From NCBI GenBank assembly GCA_002269645.1, contig NIVC01000386.1:558001-622000 (forward strand): 64,000 bases of DNA, given 5' to 3'. Below the pieces are notes generated by a model, which saw only the letters and a program-made list of their open reading frames with translations, had not been told where the DNA came from and searched no databases. Position 1 is the stretch's first letter. Each line of letters begins with the position of its first letter. Below are positions 31,384 to 48,819 of this stretch, in pieces. The translations under genes were made by a program, and so were the position numbers. Source of the stretch: Macrostomum lignano (taxonomy: Eukaryota).

Positions 31384-31959
31384 TGTCAGCGCTTTGCAAT
31401 GTTTTTCTATTGAGAGAGGCTTCTGCCTCCGCAAGCTGCTTTATGCATTTTGCCAAACCATACTTTGAGGACGTGGGCGTTGCGACAGCTACATGGAGGG
31501 GATGCGACACGCGCGGGCTCATCATGTACGAGACAGATGGCATAACTGGGCCCAAGGAGTCATGCCTGCAAGTTCACACTGAAACAATAAAGCATATTGC
31601 AGCCCTGATAAGCCCATATCCAATTGTGTCCACTAACGTGTGCAGTCCGTTTCAGTTGAAGAGCCTGGGGTGAGATGGGTGAGCTGTTTTGCCTAGTAAC
31701 GGAAGCAGTTGAAAATAATTTTTCCTCTGGGGATGAAAACTTTGTTAAGCTACGCAACTCAGCCCCGCCGTAGCCGAAAACTAAAAGCCAGCGAGCGGTT
31801 CCTGTCATCCTAGAAATAATAGCGAAGTTTCCTAGAGCTGCAGTTTGCAGGTCGCAAGTTGCATTTCCAAATGCGCCCAGCACATTTGGTCGCAGAGTAG
31901 ATATAAGCGTTCGGAAATGAGTTCACAGACAATCTCATAGAGCAAATGAAACAGATTCA

Positions 31960-31999
31960 GTAGACAGACAAACAGACACACAGACAGACAGACAGACAC

Positions 32000-32054
<55 letters not shown>

Positions 32055-32075
32055 CACAGACAGACAGACAGACAC

Positions 32076-32114
<39 letters not shown>

Positions 32115-32115
32115 C

Positions 32116-32150
<35 letters not shown>

Positions 32151-32191
32151 GGCAGGCAGACAGACAGATAGACAGACAGACAGACAGACAC

Positions 32192-32222
<31 letters not shown>

Positions 32223-32223
32223 C

Positions 32224-32261
<38 letters not shown>
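31960..32261. repeat. (CAGA)n microsatellite
   Basis: Directly visible. Confidence 0.95.
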
Positions 32262-32263
<2 letters not shown>

Positions 32264-32546
32264 CTAATGTGACAGGCAAAATAATGATACTGCATGGTCC
32301 CTAATGATGAAAAGGAGCTGCTGTAATTCATGGTAAAGAGATGCTGGTCGCTCATGATGAAGGGGAGATGCTGATCACAGCCCCAAAACAAATGAAAAAA
32401 GCAAGGCACAAAAAACTTGTCTGTCGGATTTTACAAAATCAAAGTTCCTTTCTAAAATGCAGTTGACAGATTTTTTTGCAGCACCGCGACTGTAGGAAAT
32501 ATAAATTGTATTTGAAATGAAATACATGACAAATTGCCGGAGTCCA

Positions 32547-35685
<3,139 letters not shown>

Positions 35686-38600
35686 GGGACTGGCGACAGG
35701 AGCTGCTGCTTAAAGGCGGTCTCTGCGCTGCTGGCTGTGGGGAGCAGGGTTTTTAATTGTATTTTGAAATATCTCTAAGCTGATGCATCTGCATCTATAT
35801 ACGCAACTAACAATTTGACCCAACAATTGACTAAACAAAATTAAAAAGCACAAAATAAAAATTGTTAACTAAGACTTTAGTAACTATCGTTAACTGATAA
35901 TTTCACTTTAGGTTTATTACAAGCAAAATAAATTAACTTAATAACTTAATTATTAACTTAATTGATTATAATACATAGTAATGACAGCAAATTTAACAAT
36001 AATTTTTAGTTCAATAAAGACCCTATCTATACAATACTTCCTATATACTAAAAATGAGTTGTTTACAATACTTGTATAATACTGTTTTTGGCTCTCTTCT
36101 AGTAATTGCTGGGTTCTAAATTGAACACTACTAAAAATTTGTTTCTCTTATAGCACTATTTTTAGAAATATTTTCCAATACTTGCTAGGTCAATGTTATG
36201 CAACATAACTAATGAATAAAATGACAAGGACCACTAGGAACACTTTGTTATATAGGATATAACACTCTTGATTCATGTGAAAATAGTTGAAGGCTGATTT
36301 TTATTCTTGTATACATTAGTGAGATAGACAAATTGCATGATTTTCAACATAATGTGCTGTTTGCAGAGGCCTAGGGCTATTAATTTCCAAAATTTTGCAG
36401 TATGTAACCAAAAACACTTAGCTAAATTATATTATTTTGTGGTTGAGTCATATTTTTTGGTTATTTACCATTTTTTTACATTACTTATGACTAGTAGGCC
36501 AGCTAGGTAGGCCTTATGACTAAGGACAAATGTTGATTGACTGGGAACCTAGTAGGCTTAGTAAATACTTCATAGGTCTAGACTTATCTGATTTCTAGCT
36601 AGGCTAGTCATAACCCTAACTGCCTTAACTAACTTCTTTTTTATTGATCACATACCTGCAAAGTATGGCCTAGGGCTATTTATTAAAACTTTATTATAAA
36701 TTTGAAACTCAAAAAAATTTAGGGTTTTTGATCCTAAGCCAAGGTTTTGGGACATAGGCAATCAATGACAATGAACCTAGGCCTAGAATAATAATTAGGG
36801 TCTAAAATAAAACTTTATTTGTTTTGAGAAGTTTTTAAATAAAATTAATGATACCTTATCCTTATTGCTAAGGATTTAGCAATCTTATTAAATAAGATTG
36901 TTTTTATTTAATTTTTGGGTTATCTTATTATTTCTCTTAGTATTTAGCAATTCTTTCCTAGGTTTATGCTTTAGCTATATGATAAAGATGTTATATTATC
37001 TTGACTTTCAAAATTGCAACTTCAAGTTAGACCTATAATTTAGTATCTTAGTACTAGGCTTAGCAAAAAAACCTTGGCTAAGGTATCCTTAAGTTATAGT
37101 ATCTGTCGGATTTCCATCCTCCAAATATTTGTACTTTCTATTACCTTGTACTTTTAAGTTAGCCATCTCCCTTTGTCTACCATGCCTTTCCCACAGACTA
37201 TCGTAACCGTTCATTTACCACAGACAATTTGGCTGGCCTGTTCATTATTGTTAGTATAAATACAACTTCAACCCGCGGCTTAGGCCCTTCACTTCTTTCC
37301 CCTCTCTTCCTTTCTGCACCACTTAAATCGCGTTCTATTAGTTTATTGTCTATTCGACAGTATCCTTATTGTACAGTATCTTTCTTAATTGCATTTTGAA
37401 CTTGGACCTTGGATACAATTTCATATTGCATCCTAGACATAGACCTAGTGTAGTGCCAGCAAAAAACCTAGGTTTTTATTTTGTTTATTTTGTTTCCCAA
37501 TGATTTTTACACTCTACATGGTACTATTACTGCACTAGCAGTTATATAGTCAAGAATACATTCAGATTATGTATAGCAAGGGTTGGAAAACTTTTACCTC
37601 AAGGGCTTAATAGAGAATCTAGCTCTGATGATAGGCTAGAAGAGGAGAAAAGAAGTGTAAGAGTCACTTTTCTGCCTATCATTTTATGTATACTGCCTTA
37701 ATAAATAAGACTATTTTTCTAAATTGCTAAAAACATCTTTGTGCCTGCATAAATAAATCTTTTATTCCATTAATAGTAACTCTTAGTATTGTTTAGTAGC
37801 TCAAAGTATAACCTAGTGTTTTTATTAGTTTTAATGCGTACGCCATTATGGTTATATTTTGTATATAACCAAAAGAATAAACTGAAAGAGGAGCATCTTC
37901 CGCTGCCTGGCTTGACTTGTCTGGTCTTGCCTTCAACCTCCCCTAGCCTATCTATAATTGAGGCTTTGTAACTGAACATTGTTCTAAAAATAGCCCAGTC
38001 TTAGTCATTTGAAGGCGCTCCGCCTTCCCTCTCGCGAAGCTTGTACAGTTAGCCATGTGCAACACTCATCCCCCTATTCTCTGCTCCCAGGACGCTCAGT
38101 CCTACTCTGAGTAATTGCCTCCTCTCCCCTCTCCTGTTCCCAGCGGAACTGATGCCCGCCCCCCTTCTGCCCTCTCCCCCTTAAGTGGACAGTCTGTCTG
38201 CACACGTGTACAGCCTTATTCCCTCAGACTTATAGTCTGATCCTTGCTCAAACATCCCTATCCTTCCCTATCTCCCATATATATTAGGCGTACTGCCTTC
38301 TTACCTAAAGCGATATTAGACGCTTTGCCTACTCATGCTAGCATACCCTATTAGTTATTAGAAATTCCCCACTAATGCGCCAGTTTCCCAGGCACTCTGA
38401 TCCATCGCAAAGCCCTTACTCTTCCCCCCTCTAAATACTTGGACTGAATAGAGATATAGACAGTGTCTTGCCGCTCGGACACACCACGCCACCAGGAGCA
38501 ACCCAAGGCTTACTCCTGTCAGTAGTAGAATTTGCATCTTTCTTTTTTTCCCCCAATTAAAACCCTTGTGATAATTTGATAGAATAGGAGTCAGTAATCT

Positions 38601-41600
38601 CACCTTACAACAGATTTTAGTGACATCAGTGAGATTCTAATAGACTACCCAGGAGCCCTGTGACAGAAGAAAAAGAAGTGAGATAAGAAAAAGGAAGTGA
38701 AAGAATAATTGGAAAGATAGTTGGGATAAAATTGAAGATAGAAGAAAAAAGGAAAAGGATAAAAAGAAAAGTGAAAGGAAGGAGAGGATAAAAGAATATT
38801 TATGTCCCTGTAGTACAAATTTTCCAGGGAATTGACATCTCTAGATTTAGGCCCTAATTGATAGCAGTCATATATATATTTTTAATTTTTTAATAATCAA
38901 CTTATTGAGATCTTAAAAATGTTTATCAGCAAACTATTTTAATAAATTAAGTTAAAATTTTATAATTAAAGGTTGAGTAGTTCAGTAGTACTTGTCTGAA
39001 ATTATTAGGGCCTATATATATAATATAATATTTTTATTATATGGAGGAAATGATAAAGCTCAAGTAAATATTAATCATAGAGTTCATTTTTTTCATTTTT
39101 AATTTTATTTCATTCATGACCAGTTGTTAGGCCAATGAAGTTTTATTTGCCAAGATATACAAGCAACTACACTACTGGTAATATCTGGCTAGGATGGAAT
39201 TTAATTACAACTTGAGGCCCAAGTGAAAACTTTTGTTCAAGCTCCTGTGATGCTCTTGGATATCCAGAACTGAGATGCCTAGGTCAGGTCCTGCAGCTTC
39301 CACAGGTGACTAAGGTGACAGACCAGCTAATTCTAATGCTTCCTAAACTTGATTTTGATGTTTAGAGTGACAGGATTTGTCAGCATACATGTACCATTTG
39401 TACACATGATCCCAACACTGCTTATGAATCATTCTTTTACTATGCTAAATTTGTTAAAAGAATTTTGATGCATTTGCTTGTTTGTTATTTATTATTTCGT
39501 TTTCTTTGCTCAGTACTGTTATATCACTTTGTAACACTGCTGTACCAACAATAAAATTTCCTCAATATAGTTTATCATACCTCGTCAATTTTGTGCCAGA
39601 CAGACTGCTGTTTATAATTTGAGCTATAAGCAAATAAACTCAACAAGTCTGCTTGTTTGCTAAATTCTACTGCCACTCGCAAGCCACTTCAATTTACAAG
39701 ATTATAAAGAACAGAAGAATGTTAAAACAGGGTCTGCTTTGTGATGTTTTGCTTTTTCTTCTCACTCATTTTTTCTGACTAGCCATCTTGTGAGAAAGAT
39801 TTTAAAGGATATAGTAGACCAAAGTATGCGGGTTCTGTATATGATCTTCAGACTCCAATATATTTTCAGAAACGTCACTAATGAAACTAAGAGCGTATTC
39901 ACAAAAAATACGCTCAAGATTTTCGGCTACTTTATTAATTTTGCTTCCTAAACATGAAGATTTGAATCGCTACCATACGCCTAAAAATAGGGTGTCTCCA
40001 TTGTACAGGATTTTCTTGCATCTACATCTAGTGGGAAGCTAAACTAACTGACTTACTTGGTAGGGGACAAAAATCCGAACAATCTGTCGAAAAAATTAAC
40101 CTTCTACATGCAACTGATTCAGAGATACAGACATTTTAATAATCAGCCTTAACTATTTTTGCACGATTTGCAAGTGTTGCGTCCTTCAAGTCTAGTAGTC
40201 CTTGTAAAATGATCGATAGGTTGTATTTTTATGCGTACATATTATCTCCCTGAAGCAGAATATGGGGTACAAAATAGCTAATTGCGATTTATAAATACGA
40301 AAATAGTAAAGCTCACTGCATTACTTTGCATAGCTAACGCCAACCAACTTACGTAATTCATGCCCTGGAGCGGCCTGTGCCGTTCTTAGAATGACTGATG
40401 ATTCATAATTTGCAATATTGTAATGTCACAACTGTTGGAATCTGTAAATAAAAACTCTTACATTTTATAAAAATATATAATTAATGAATTTAATCAATAT
40501 TTTTAAAAAACGTCGCTGTTTTTTTACAAAAATTAACTGTATTTTGTTAAAGCAAGCAGAAAATGTTTTTAAATGCCGCGTAGCATTGTGTACGTTTAAT
40601 AATTGCGTCGCGATTTTCTACAATTTAATTTTATGACATCCACGAAAGTACGTGCCTAAAGTCAGGATGTCTACACTCTATCAGATATTGACTTTCATTT
40701 TATTGCAGATCTATCCAAACTATCCTTGAGCTTCTTACACAAGTTCTTGCCAGGAACGTGTCGGATTTACATGTACACTATTGAAATGGATACGCTACGC
40801 ATGTAAATGAGCATGACACACTACATATCTAAGCGGTTGTAATTTGCTACTTAGGTATTCGGTTCAGAGTATAAACTCTATGATGAACATGCATAAACCT
40901 CACTGCAATTACGAGTATTTAAGTTTATATCTCTAAGATTTTTTTATACTGCATATTTGACGTCTAGCTAGCCTAGAACGGCCCGGCCGCTAAATAAGAT
41001 TTTGCATCATGATGGTAGTACACCACAAGAGTATAAAGGACCGTGTCGTACAGTTGAAAATAAAAGTACTCGCACTTGACTGCAAGTACTTGTGAAACTT
41101 TTCATACACTTTATTTTCGTTTCTTTCTTTAAGTTTCTTTCTTTCGTTTCTTTCTTTCTATAATTCTTTATTATCTTTATTTTCGTAGAACTACTGAGAG
41201 ATGATCGCGCGGTAACTGCATTTTGTTGTATCGCTATTGGTATCGAGAAATCGCGCAATCATACAACAATAATTGATTGCAGAGGATAAGTCTAAGGTTC
41301 GAACTTATTTTTCAAAAAATCAAATTTTCTAAATAATGAAAACATTACAAAAATTACATGCACCTTTAATATTATTCTCAAAGGCCGGAGTCCATTTTAC
41401 TAAATACGCGGCCTAACATATGAAGGCCGGCCTATAAAACTATTTTGAAGTTTTTGCACAAAAAATAAAAAAAATTATAATAACAATAGGTAGGCTGATA
41501 AAAGTGTCTAGTCAGAATTTCATCAGCTTCTTTTAAATGACAAGATTTTTCAAGTTGCCCATGGTTGCATAGCATTATACCGTTTTTTAGTTGAGAAAAA

Positions 41601-41868
41601 AGCGAACTACATGTAAATTATATCGAATTACCAATAAATTTGTTATACTTTAATGAGTATATTTTCGATAAGTACATGTATTTGCACGCAGTGTATAAAT
41701 TTTTTTAAAGTTATAGCAACGAGTTATATGTTTTAACAATTATTTAGGACATTTGACTGGCTTCTTTAGCCAGTCCGCTCGTACATGCACATATGGGTGC
41801 AAACCAGACTTGAGAAAAAGCTTAGCAAGCAAGCGAAAAAACACAGGAAAAAATACGTCGTAAATATA

Positions 41869-42577
41869 CTAGACAATCGCCGAGCTGCTGGAAACGCTAA
41901 AGGCAGACTGGCGCAAGAACTGCTGCCGCCTGAACGAGGGCTGCCTCTGGCGCTGCTGGTCCACGCAATCGTTTTGATCCACTGCGACTCTGGCAACTGC
42001 ATCATTTCCAGTCTCGCTTTTCGGCCTAATCCCTATTTCCACATCTCTTCCGGTTGCGGTCGCAGTTCTAGTTTCGACAAATATTCCACTTCCGGTCACG
42101 GTTCCGCTTTCGAGCCCGCTTCCGGTTCCAAACATGCTCGCTGTTTGAAAGCCGGTTCCAGTTGCGGCAGTGCTGGAGGTGACGGCAGCGCTGTTAACCA
42201 CGCACAGAGGCTGCACCGGAAGTTGACGCCACAGTCCCGTTATGGGCGGCGCCGCGCCTAGACCGGGCACATTCGGACAGCCAAAGCCGAAATTCGGAAC
42301 TCCCGGCAGCAGCAGGCGGCCCGGCATGACGAACTGGCGCTCCCGATGGCGGCGCCATTTCGCTTGGCGCGCAGCTGCCAGGCCGCTGAGCTTGAACTGG
42401 CGGCAGCAGGCCACGGCGAGGGCGAGGCCGGCCAGCGCCGCCGCCAGGCCGCCGCCCAGTGCCAGCGTCAGCCGCTCCTCCTGCGGTCCCAAGCCGGCGC
42501 CGCTGGTGAAATGGCGCGGGCCGGGGTGCTGCACGGTGAGCACGCTGCCGAACTGGCGTTCAGTGCCGAGTTGCGAG
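41869..42577 (-). CDS. Probable terminal exon of a single-pass membrane protein (upstream exons not identified)
   Basis: GC-rich open frame after ttctccag acceptor; TM-like LTLALGGGLAAALAGLALAVACC followed by basic RQ..RQAKWRRHRER and a Ser/Thr/Gly-rich tail ending TAG. Confidence 0.45.
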
Positions 42578-43539
42578 CTGGAGAAGATTCGGATTGCGTG
42601 TGAGTTATGAGAAGACAAACCTTTACTGGAAATTAACTGTCATGTACGCATGAATGAATTTTGGGGAATAGGGGATTCCTGTGGAGATGAGGATTATAGC
42701 GACTTCTGCCCCCCTTCAGTTGAACTTGTTTACTCTCTCGTGCGATTCAGTCTAGCCTTTTCTCTCTCACCCTCTGTTCACTCTGATTGGTCCTCACCTC
42801 ATCCCTCTTTAGCCTCTCGTTCTCACCCACCCCTCCTTTTATTATCTGCATTCAATCCCCCTATGTTAATGTCCAGTTGTGAGTCCGAAGCTATAACCTC
42901 TGGGCTACAACACAAGCTTGCAGCTTGTAATTAAAGAAGACTCATTATAAGAAGAGGTCAGTTTTAAGGATGGAAGAAAAGATAGAGAAGGTAAAATCTG
43001 GGTCACGCACCTTCCGCTGTCTCCAAAGAGCGAGTCCACTGGCGGCATTGAGAGAGCAGGAAATCAGGATATCTCTTCAGCTTTCTTCAGACAAAATGTT
43101 GTCACTTAAGTTTCGCCAAGCGGCGCTCAATTTATACGAACCTCGGGCACCGTGCAATCCGACACCCTGTGCAATGCCCTCCACGTGAGATGGTCGCGAA
43201 CTTGCAGCCGCAGTGCGACCCCTGAGAATTAGTCAGCTAATTTGCTCATGCACGGCTGAAGCCAGCGATGACTCATCCGCGGTTTTTTGGTGGGCTTCGC
43301 TGACTCGAGGGCATCCGCGCGTAGGCTCGGTTCGACAGAGTCGCTACAACTGCGAACTGCACGCAGAGGTATCGAGTTTCACTTAAGCGGCCCCAGCGAA
43401 ATTTTTAGACTGACTTTTGCAGATTTGTTCTGCGGCTAGAAACTATGGTAGAAAAACTGCCATGACGTGCACCATCAAGTATCTCTTCACTGAAAATTTA
43501 CTGATAAGGAAACCTGGGACAAGTGTGAGATGTACAGAA

Positions 43540-46500
43540 ACACTGCATGCACACACTGATGCACTGCATGCACACACTGAGACACTGCATGCACACACTG
43601 AGACACTGCATGCACACACTGATGCACTGCATGCACACACTGATGCACTGCATGCACACACTGATGCACTGCATGCACACACTGATGCACTGCATGCACA
43701 CACTGAGACACTGCATGCACACACTGATGCACTGCATGCACACACTGATACACTGCATGCACACACTGATACACTACATGCACACACTGATGCACTGCAT
43801 GCACACACTGATACACTGTATGCACACGCTGATACACTGCATGCACACACTGAGACACTTCATGCACACACTGATGCACTGCATGCACACACTGATGCAC
43901 TGCATGCACACACTGATGCACTGCATGCACACACTGATGCACTGCATGTACACACACATGCACTGCATGCACACACTGATGCACTGCATGTACACACTGA
44001 GACACTGCATGCACACACTGAGACACTGTATGCACACACTGATGCACTGCATGCACACACTGATGCACTGCATGTACACACTGAGACACTGCATGCACAC
44101 ACTGATACACTACATGCACACACTGATGCACTGCATGCACACACTGATGCACTGCATGCACACACTGATGCACTGCATGCACACACTGATGCACTGCATG
44201 CACACACTGATACACTACATGCACACACTGATGCACTGCATGCACACACTGATACACTGCATGCACACACTGATGCACTGTATGCACACGCTGATACACT
44301 GCATGCACACACTGATGCACTGCATGCACACACTGATGCACTGCATGCACACACTGATGCACTGCATGCACACACTGAGACACTGCATGCACACACTGAG
44401 ACACTGCATGCACACACTGATACACTGCATGCACACACTGATGCAATGCATGCACACACTGAGACACTGCATGCACACACTGATGCACTGCATGCACACA
44501 CTAATGCACTGCATGCACACACTGAGACACTGCATGCACACACTGATGCACTGCATGCACACACAGATGCACTGCATGCACACACTGAGACACTGCATGC
44601 ACACACTGAGACACTGCATGCACACACTGATGCACTGCATGCACACACAGATGCACTGCATGCACACACTGAGACACTGCATGCACACAGATGCACTGCA
44701 TGCACACACTGAGACACTGCATGCACACACTGATACACTACATGCACACACTGATGCACTACATGCACACACTGATACACTGTATGCACACGCTGATACA
44801 CTGCATGCACACACTGAGACACTGCATGCACACACTGATGCACTGCATGCACACACTGATGCACTGCATGCACACACTGATGCACTGCATGCACACACTG
44901 ATGCACTGCATGCACACACTGATGCACTGCATGCACACACTGAGACACTGTATGTACACACTGATGCACTGCATGCACACACAGATGCACTGCATGCACA
45001 CACTGATACACTGCATGCACACACTGATACACTACATGCACACACTGATGCACTACATGCACACACTGATACACTGTATGCACACGCTGATACACTGCAT
45101 GCACACACTGAGACACTGCATGCACACACTGATGCACTGCATGCACACACTGATGCACTGCATGCACACACAGATGCACTGCATGCACACACTGATGCAC
45201 TGCATGTACACACACATGCACTGCATGCACACACTGATGCACTGCATGCACACACTGAGACACTGCATGCACACACTGAGACACTGTATGCACACACTGA
45301 TGCACTGCATGCACACACTGATGCACTGCATGTACACACTGAGACACTGCATGCACACACTGATACACTACATGCACACACTGATGCACTGCATGCACAC
45401 ACTGATGCACTGCATGCACACACTGATGCACTGCATGCACACACTGATGCACTGCATGCACACACTGATACACTACATGCACACACTGATGCACTGCATG
45501 CACACACTGATACACTGCATGCACACACTGATGCACTGTATGCACACGCTGATACACTGCATGCACACACTGATGCACTGCATGCACACACTGATGCACT
45601 GCATGCACACACTGATGCACTGCATGCACACACAGATGCACTGCATGCACACACTGATGCACTGCATGCACACACAGATGCACTGCATGCACACACTGAG
45701 ACACTGCATGCACACACTGAGACACTGCATGCACACACTGATACACTGCATGCACACACTGATGCAATGCATGCACACACTGAGACACTGCATGCACACA
45801 CTGATGCACTGCATGCACACACAGATGCACTGCATGCACACACTGAGACACTGCATGCACACACTGATGCACTGCATGCACACACAGATGCACTGCATGC
45901 ACACACTGAGACACTGCATGCACACACTGAGACACTGCATGCACACACTGATGCACTGCATGCACACACAGATGCACTGCATGCACACACTGAGACACTG
46001 CATGCACACAGATGCACTGCATGCACACACTGAGACACTGCATGCACACACTGATGCACTGCATGCACACACTGATGCACTGCATGCACACACTGATACA
46101 CTACATGCACACACTGATGCACTGCATGCACACACTGATACACTACATGCACACACTGATGCACTGCATGCACACACAGATGCACTGCATGCACACACTG
46201 AGACACTGCATGCACGCACTGATGCACTGCATGCACACACTGAGACACTGCATGCACACACTGATGCACTGCATGCACACACTGATGCACTGCATGCACA
46301 CACTGATGCACTGCATGCACACACTGATGCACTGCATGCACACACTGAGACACTGTATGTACACACTGATGCACTACATGCACACACTGATGCACTGCAT
46401 GCACACACTGATGCACTGCATGCACACACTGATGCACTGCATGCACACACTGAGACACTGCATGTACACACACATGCACTGCATGCACACACTGAGACAC

Positions 46501-47255
46501 TGCATGTACACACTGAGACACTGCATGCACACACTGATGCACTGCATGCACACACTGATGCACTGCATGCACACACTGATGCACTGCATGCACACACTGA
46601 TGCACTGCATGCACACACTGAGACACTGCATGTACACACACATGCACTGCATGCACACACTGAGACACTGCATGTACACACTGAGACACTGCATGCACAC
46701 ACTGATGCACTGCATGCACACACTGATGCACTGCATGCACACACTGATGCACTGCATGCACACACTGATACACTACATGCACACACTGATGCACTGCATG
46801 CACACACTGATACACTACATGCACACACTGATGCACTACATGCACACACTGATGCACTGCATGCACACACTGATGCACTGCATGCACACACTGATGCACT
46901 GCATGCACACACTGAGACACTGCATGTACACACACATGCACTGCATGCACACACTGAGACACTGCATGTACACACTGAGACACTGCATGCACACACAGAT
47001 GCACTGCATGCACACACTGAGACACTGCATGCACACACTGATGCACTGCATGCACACACTGATGCACTGCATGCACACACTGAGACACTGCATGCACACA
47101 CTGAGACACTGCATGCACACACTGAGACACTGCATGCACACACTGAGACACTGCATGCACACACTGAGACACTGCATGCACACACTGAGACACTGCATGC
47201 ACACACTGAGACACTGCATGCACACACTGAGAAACTGCATGCACACACTGAGACA
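43540..47255. repeat. 21-bp minisatellite (CACTGCATGCACACACTGA[TG/GA/TA])n, ~175 copies
   Basis: Directly visible; source of the HAHTDAL and MHCMHTL repeat ORFs. Confidence 0.98.
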
Positions 47256-47322
47256 CGGCAGCGAGTCATTGGTGTTGCAAATCATTGAATTCTCTCACCA
47301 ACACTGTTTCATACAGCAATAT

Positions 47323-48627
47323 ATGTATGATCTGGCACATTTTGCTCCTAGAAGTATTGCTTCTGTCAGGAAAATTCGATCAAACAAGCGTTGCGACTCC
47401 AGCCTGTCTGAAATTCACCACCTTGCAGCGCCCGATGTTGTTGACCTCGATGCGGGCAGCACAGGCACCAAGGCATTCGTGGACCAGCTTGACAGAGGCC
47501 TGGCGAGCAGTTCTCCCAACCCGAAGTTCGTCAAAGTGCTGAGTGAGAAAAGAAGCAAGAAATACGCCGCAATCTCGTCCTTCGCCCACTTTGTCCAGAG
47601 AATGGAGGTGGTCCTGAAACCGCTGCTGGAGTTTGCGAGACGGTATGTGCCAGAGGCATCGCGCCCACATTCCGTGCTCTTCTTGGCTGCCACTGCCGGA
47701 GTTCGAGCCCTGACTAGAGTCCAGCAGCGACTCATCTTGCATGTGGCCAACGCTGTGCTCAGTAAATCCCCGTTTTCTGTCGCCCCGTCATCGGCGAAGT
47801 TCAGCTCGCCCGCGTCCTTTCTACTCAGTGGGGCGCAGGAGGCCTACTACGCCTTCCTGGTCCCCAACATATTCAAAGACACCGAGTTTCTCCTCATCGC
47901 AAATGATCCCCGTTACGGCACTGTTGCCATGGGTGGCGGCTCCACTCAAGTGGCTGTTGCTCTTCCCACCATGCGCTTGTCGGCCGGAAGTTTGGGAAGC
48001 TTCAACAAGTCGATTGTCTTTGCGAGCAGCACAATGGGACTCGGAAAGTCCACGGCATGCTTCGGCATTCTTGGCTACAGCAGGAACGGCAGTCTGAAGT
48101 CTGAGTACCAGTCGCCCTGCCTGAACCCGAGATTAAAGAGCGCGTTCTTCTTCAACTCGCCCAGCATTAACGTCACCGGTGATCCGGCGATCCCGGTTTC
48201 CAAGCGCTGGTACGAGTGCCAGGCCAGGGTCAGAGAGTTCCTCCGCTCGGTCGGCCCGATTCAGCGACCCGTGTCCATCGCGTCCGAGAGAGGTTACGTG
48301 GCGGGGGGAGGCATCTACTACCCTTTGAGGTCGCTTAATAAGCTCGGTCACCTCAGCAACACGATCCCAGGCCCCATGGCCTTTTCCGAGCTGACAGCGG
48401 TGGCAAAGAAATCCTGCATTGACCCCCCGGTAGAAGGCAGATTCAAGCTGTACCTCTGCCTGGACAGCGCGTACATCGCAACCCTGCTGACGGAGAGCTA
48501 CTAATTCTCAGACGATCAGAAGTTATTCATAGCCGACTCAATCGACGACTGGCCAGCGGGACTGGCCATGGCGTTCGCGACCAGACTCGATGAAGTTGGC
48601 GCCATACAAGTTGGCAATGAACTTTGA
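47323..48627 (+). pseudogene. GDA1/CD39 (NTPDase/apyrase) family gene, uninterrupted by introns over this span, with in-frame TAA at 48502-48504; pseudogene, read-through or sequence error
   Basis: ACR1 DAGSTGT, ACR2 ATAGVR, ACR3 GAQEAYYAF, ACR4 AMGGGSTQ, then CLDSAYIATLLTESY*FSDDQKLFIADSI, with family-like sequence continuing past the stop to TGA at 48625-48627. Start and N-terminal TM not identified. Confidence 0.75.
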
Positions 48628-48819
48628 GGAGTCGTGAAGCAATTCAAACCAAGAGAAAGTGAACTCGTGAAAGTCAGAGTGATGAACTCCCCGAGTTGAA
48701 AAATAAATACGAGCGATGCATAAAGTGTGCCGATCGAGGCACTCCCGCCTGCCGTGACTTGATAGAACCATATCATCCAATGCTTGTGGCTTCAGTGCAG
48801 CTGATACAAATGTAGTTAT

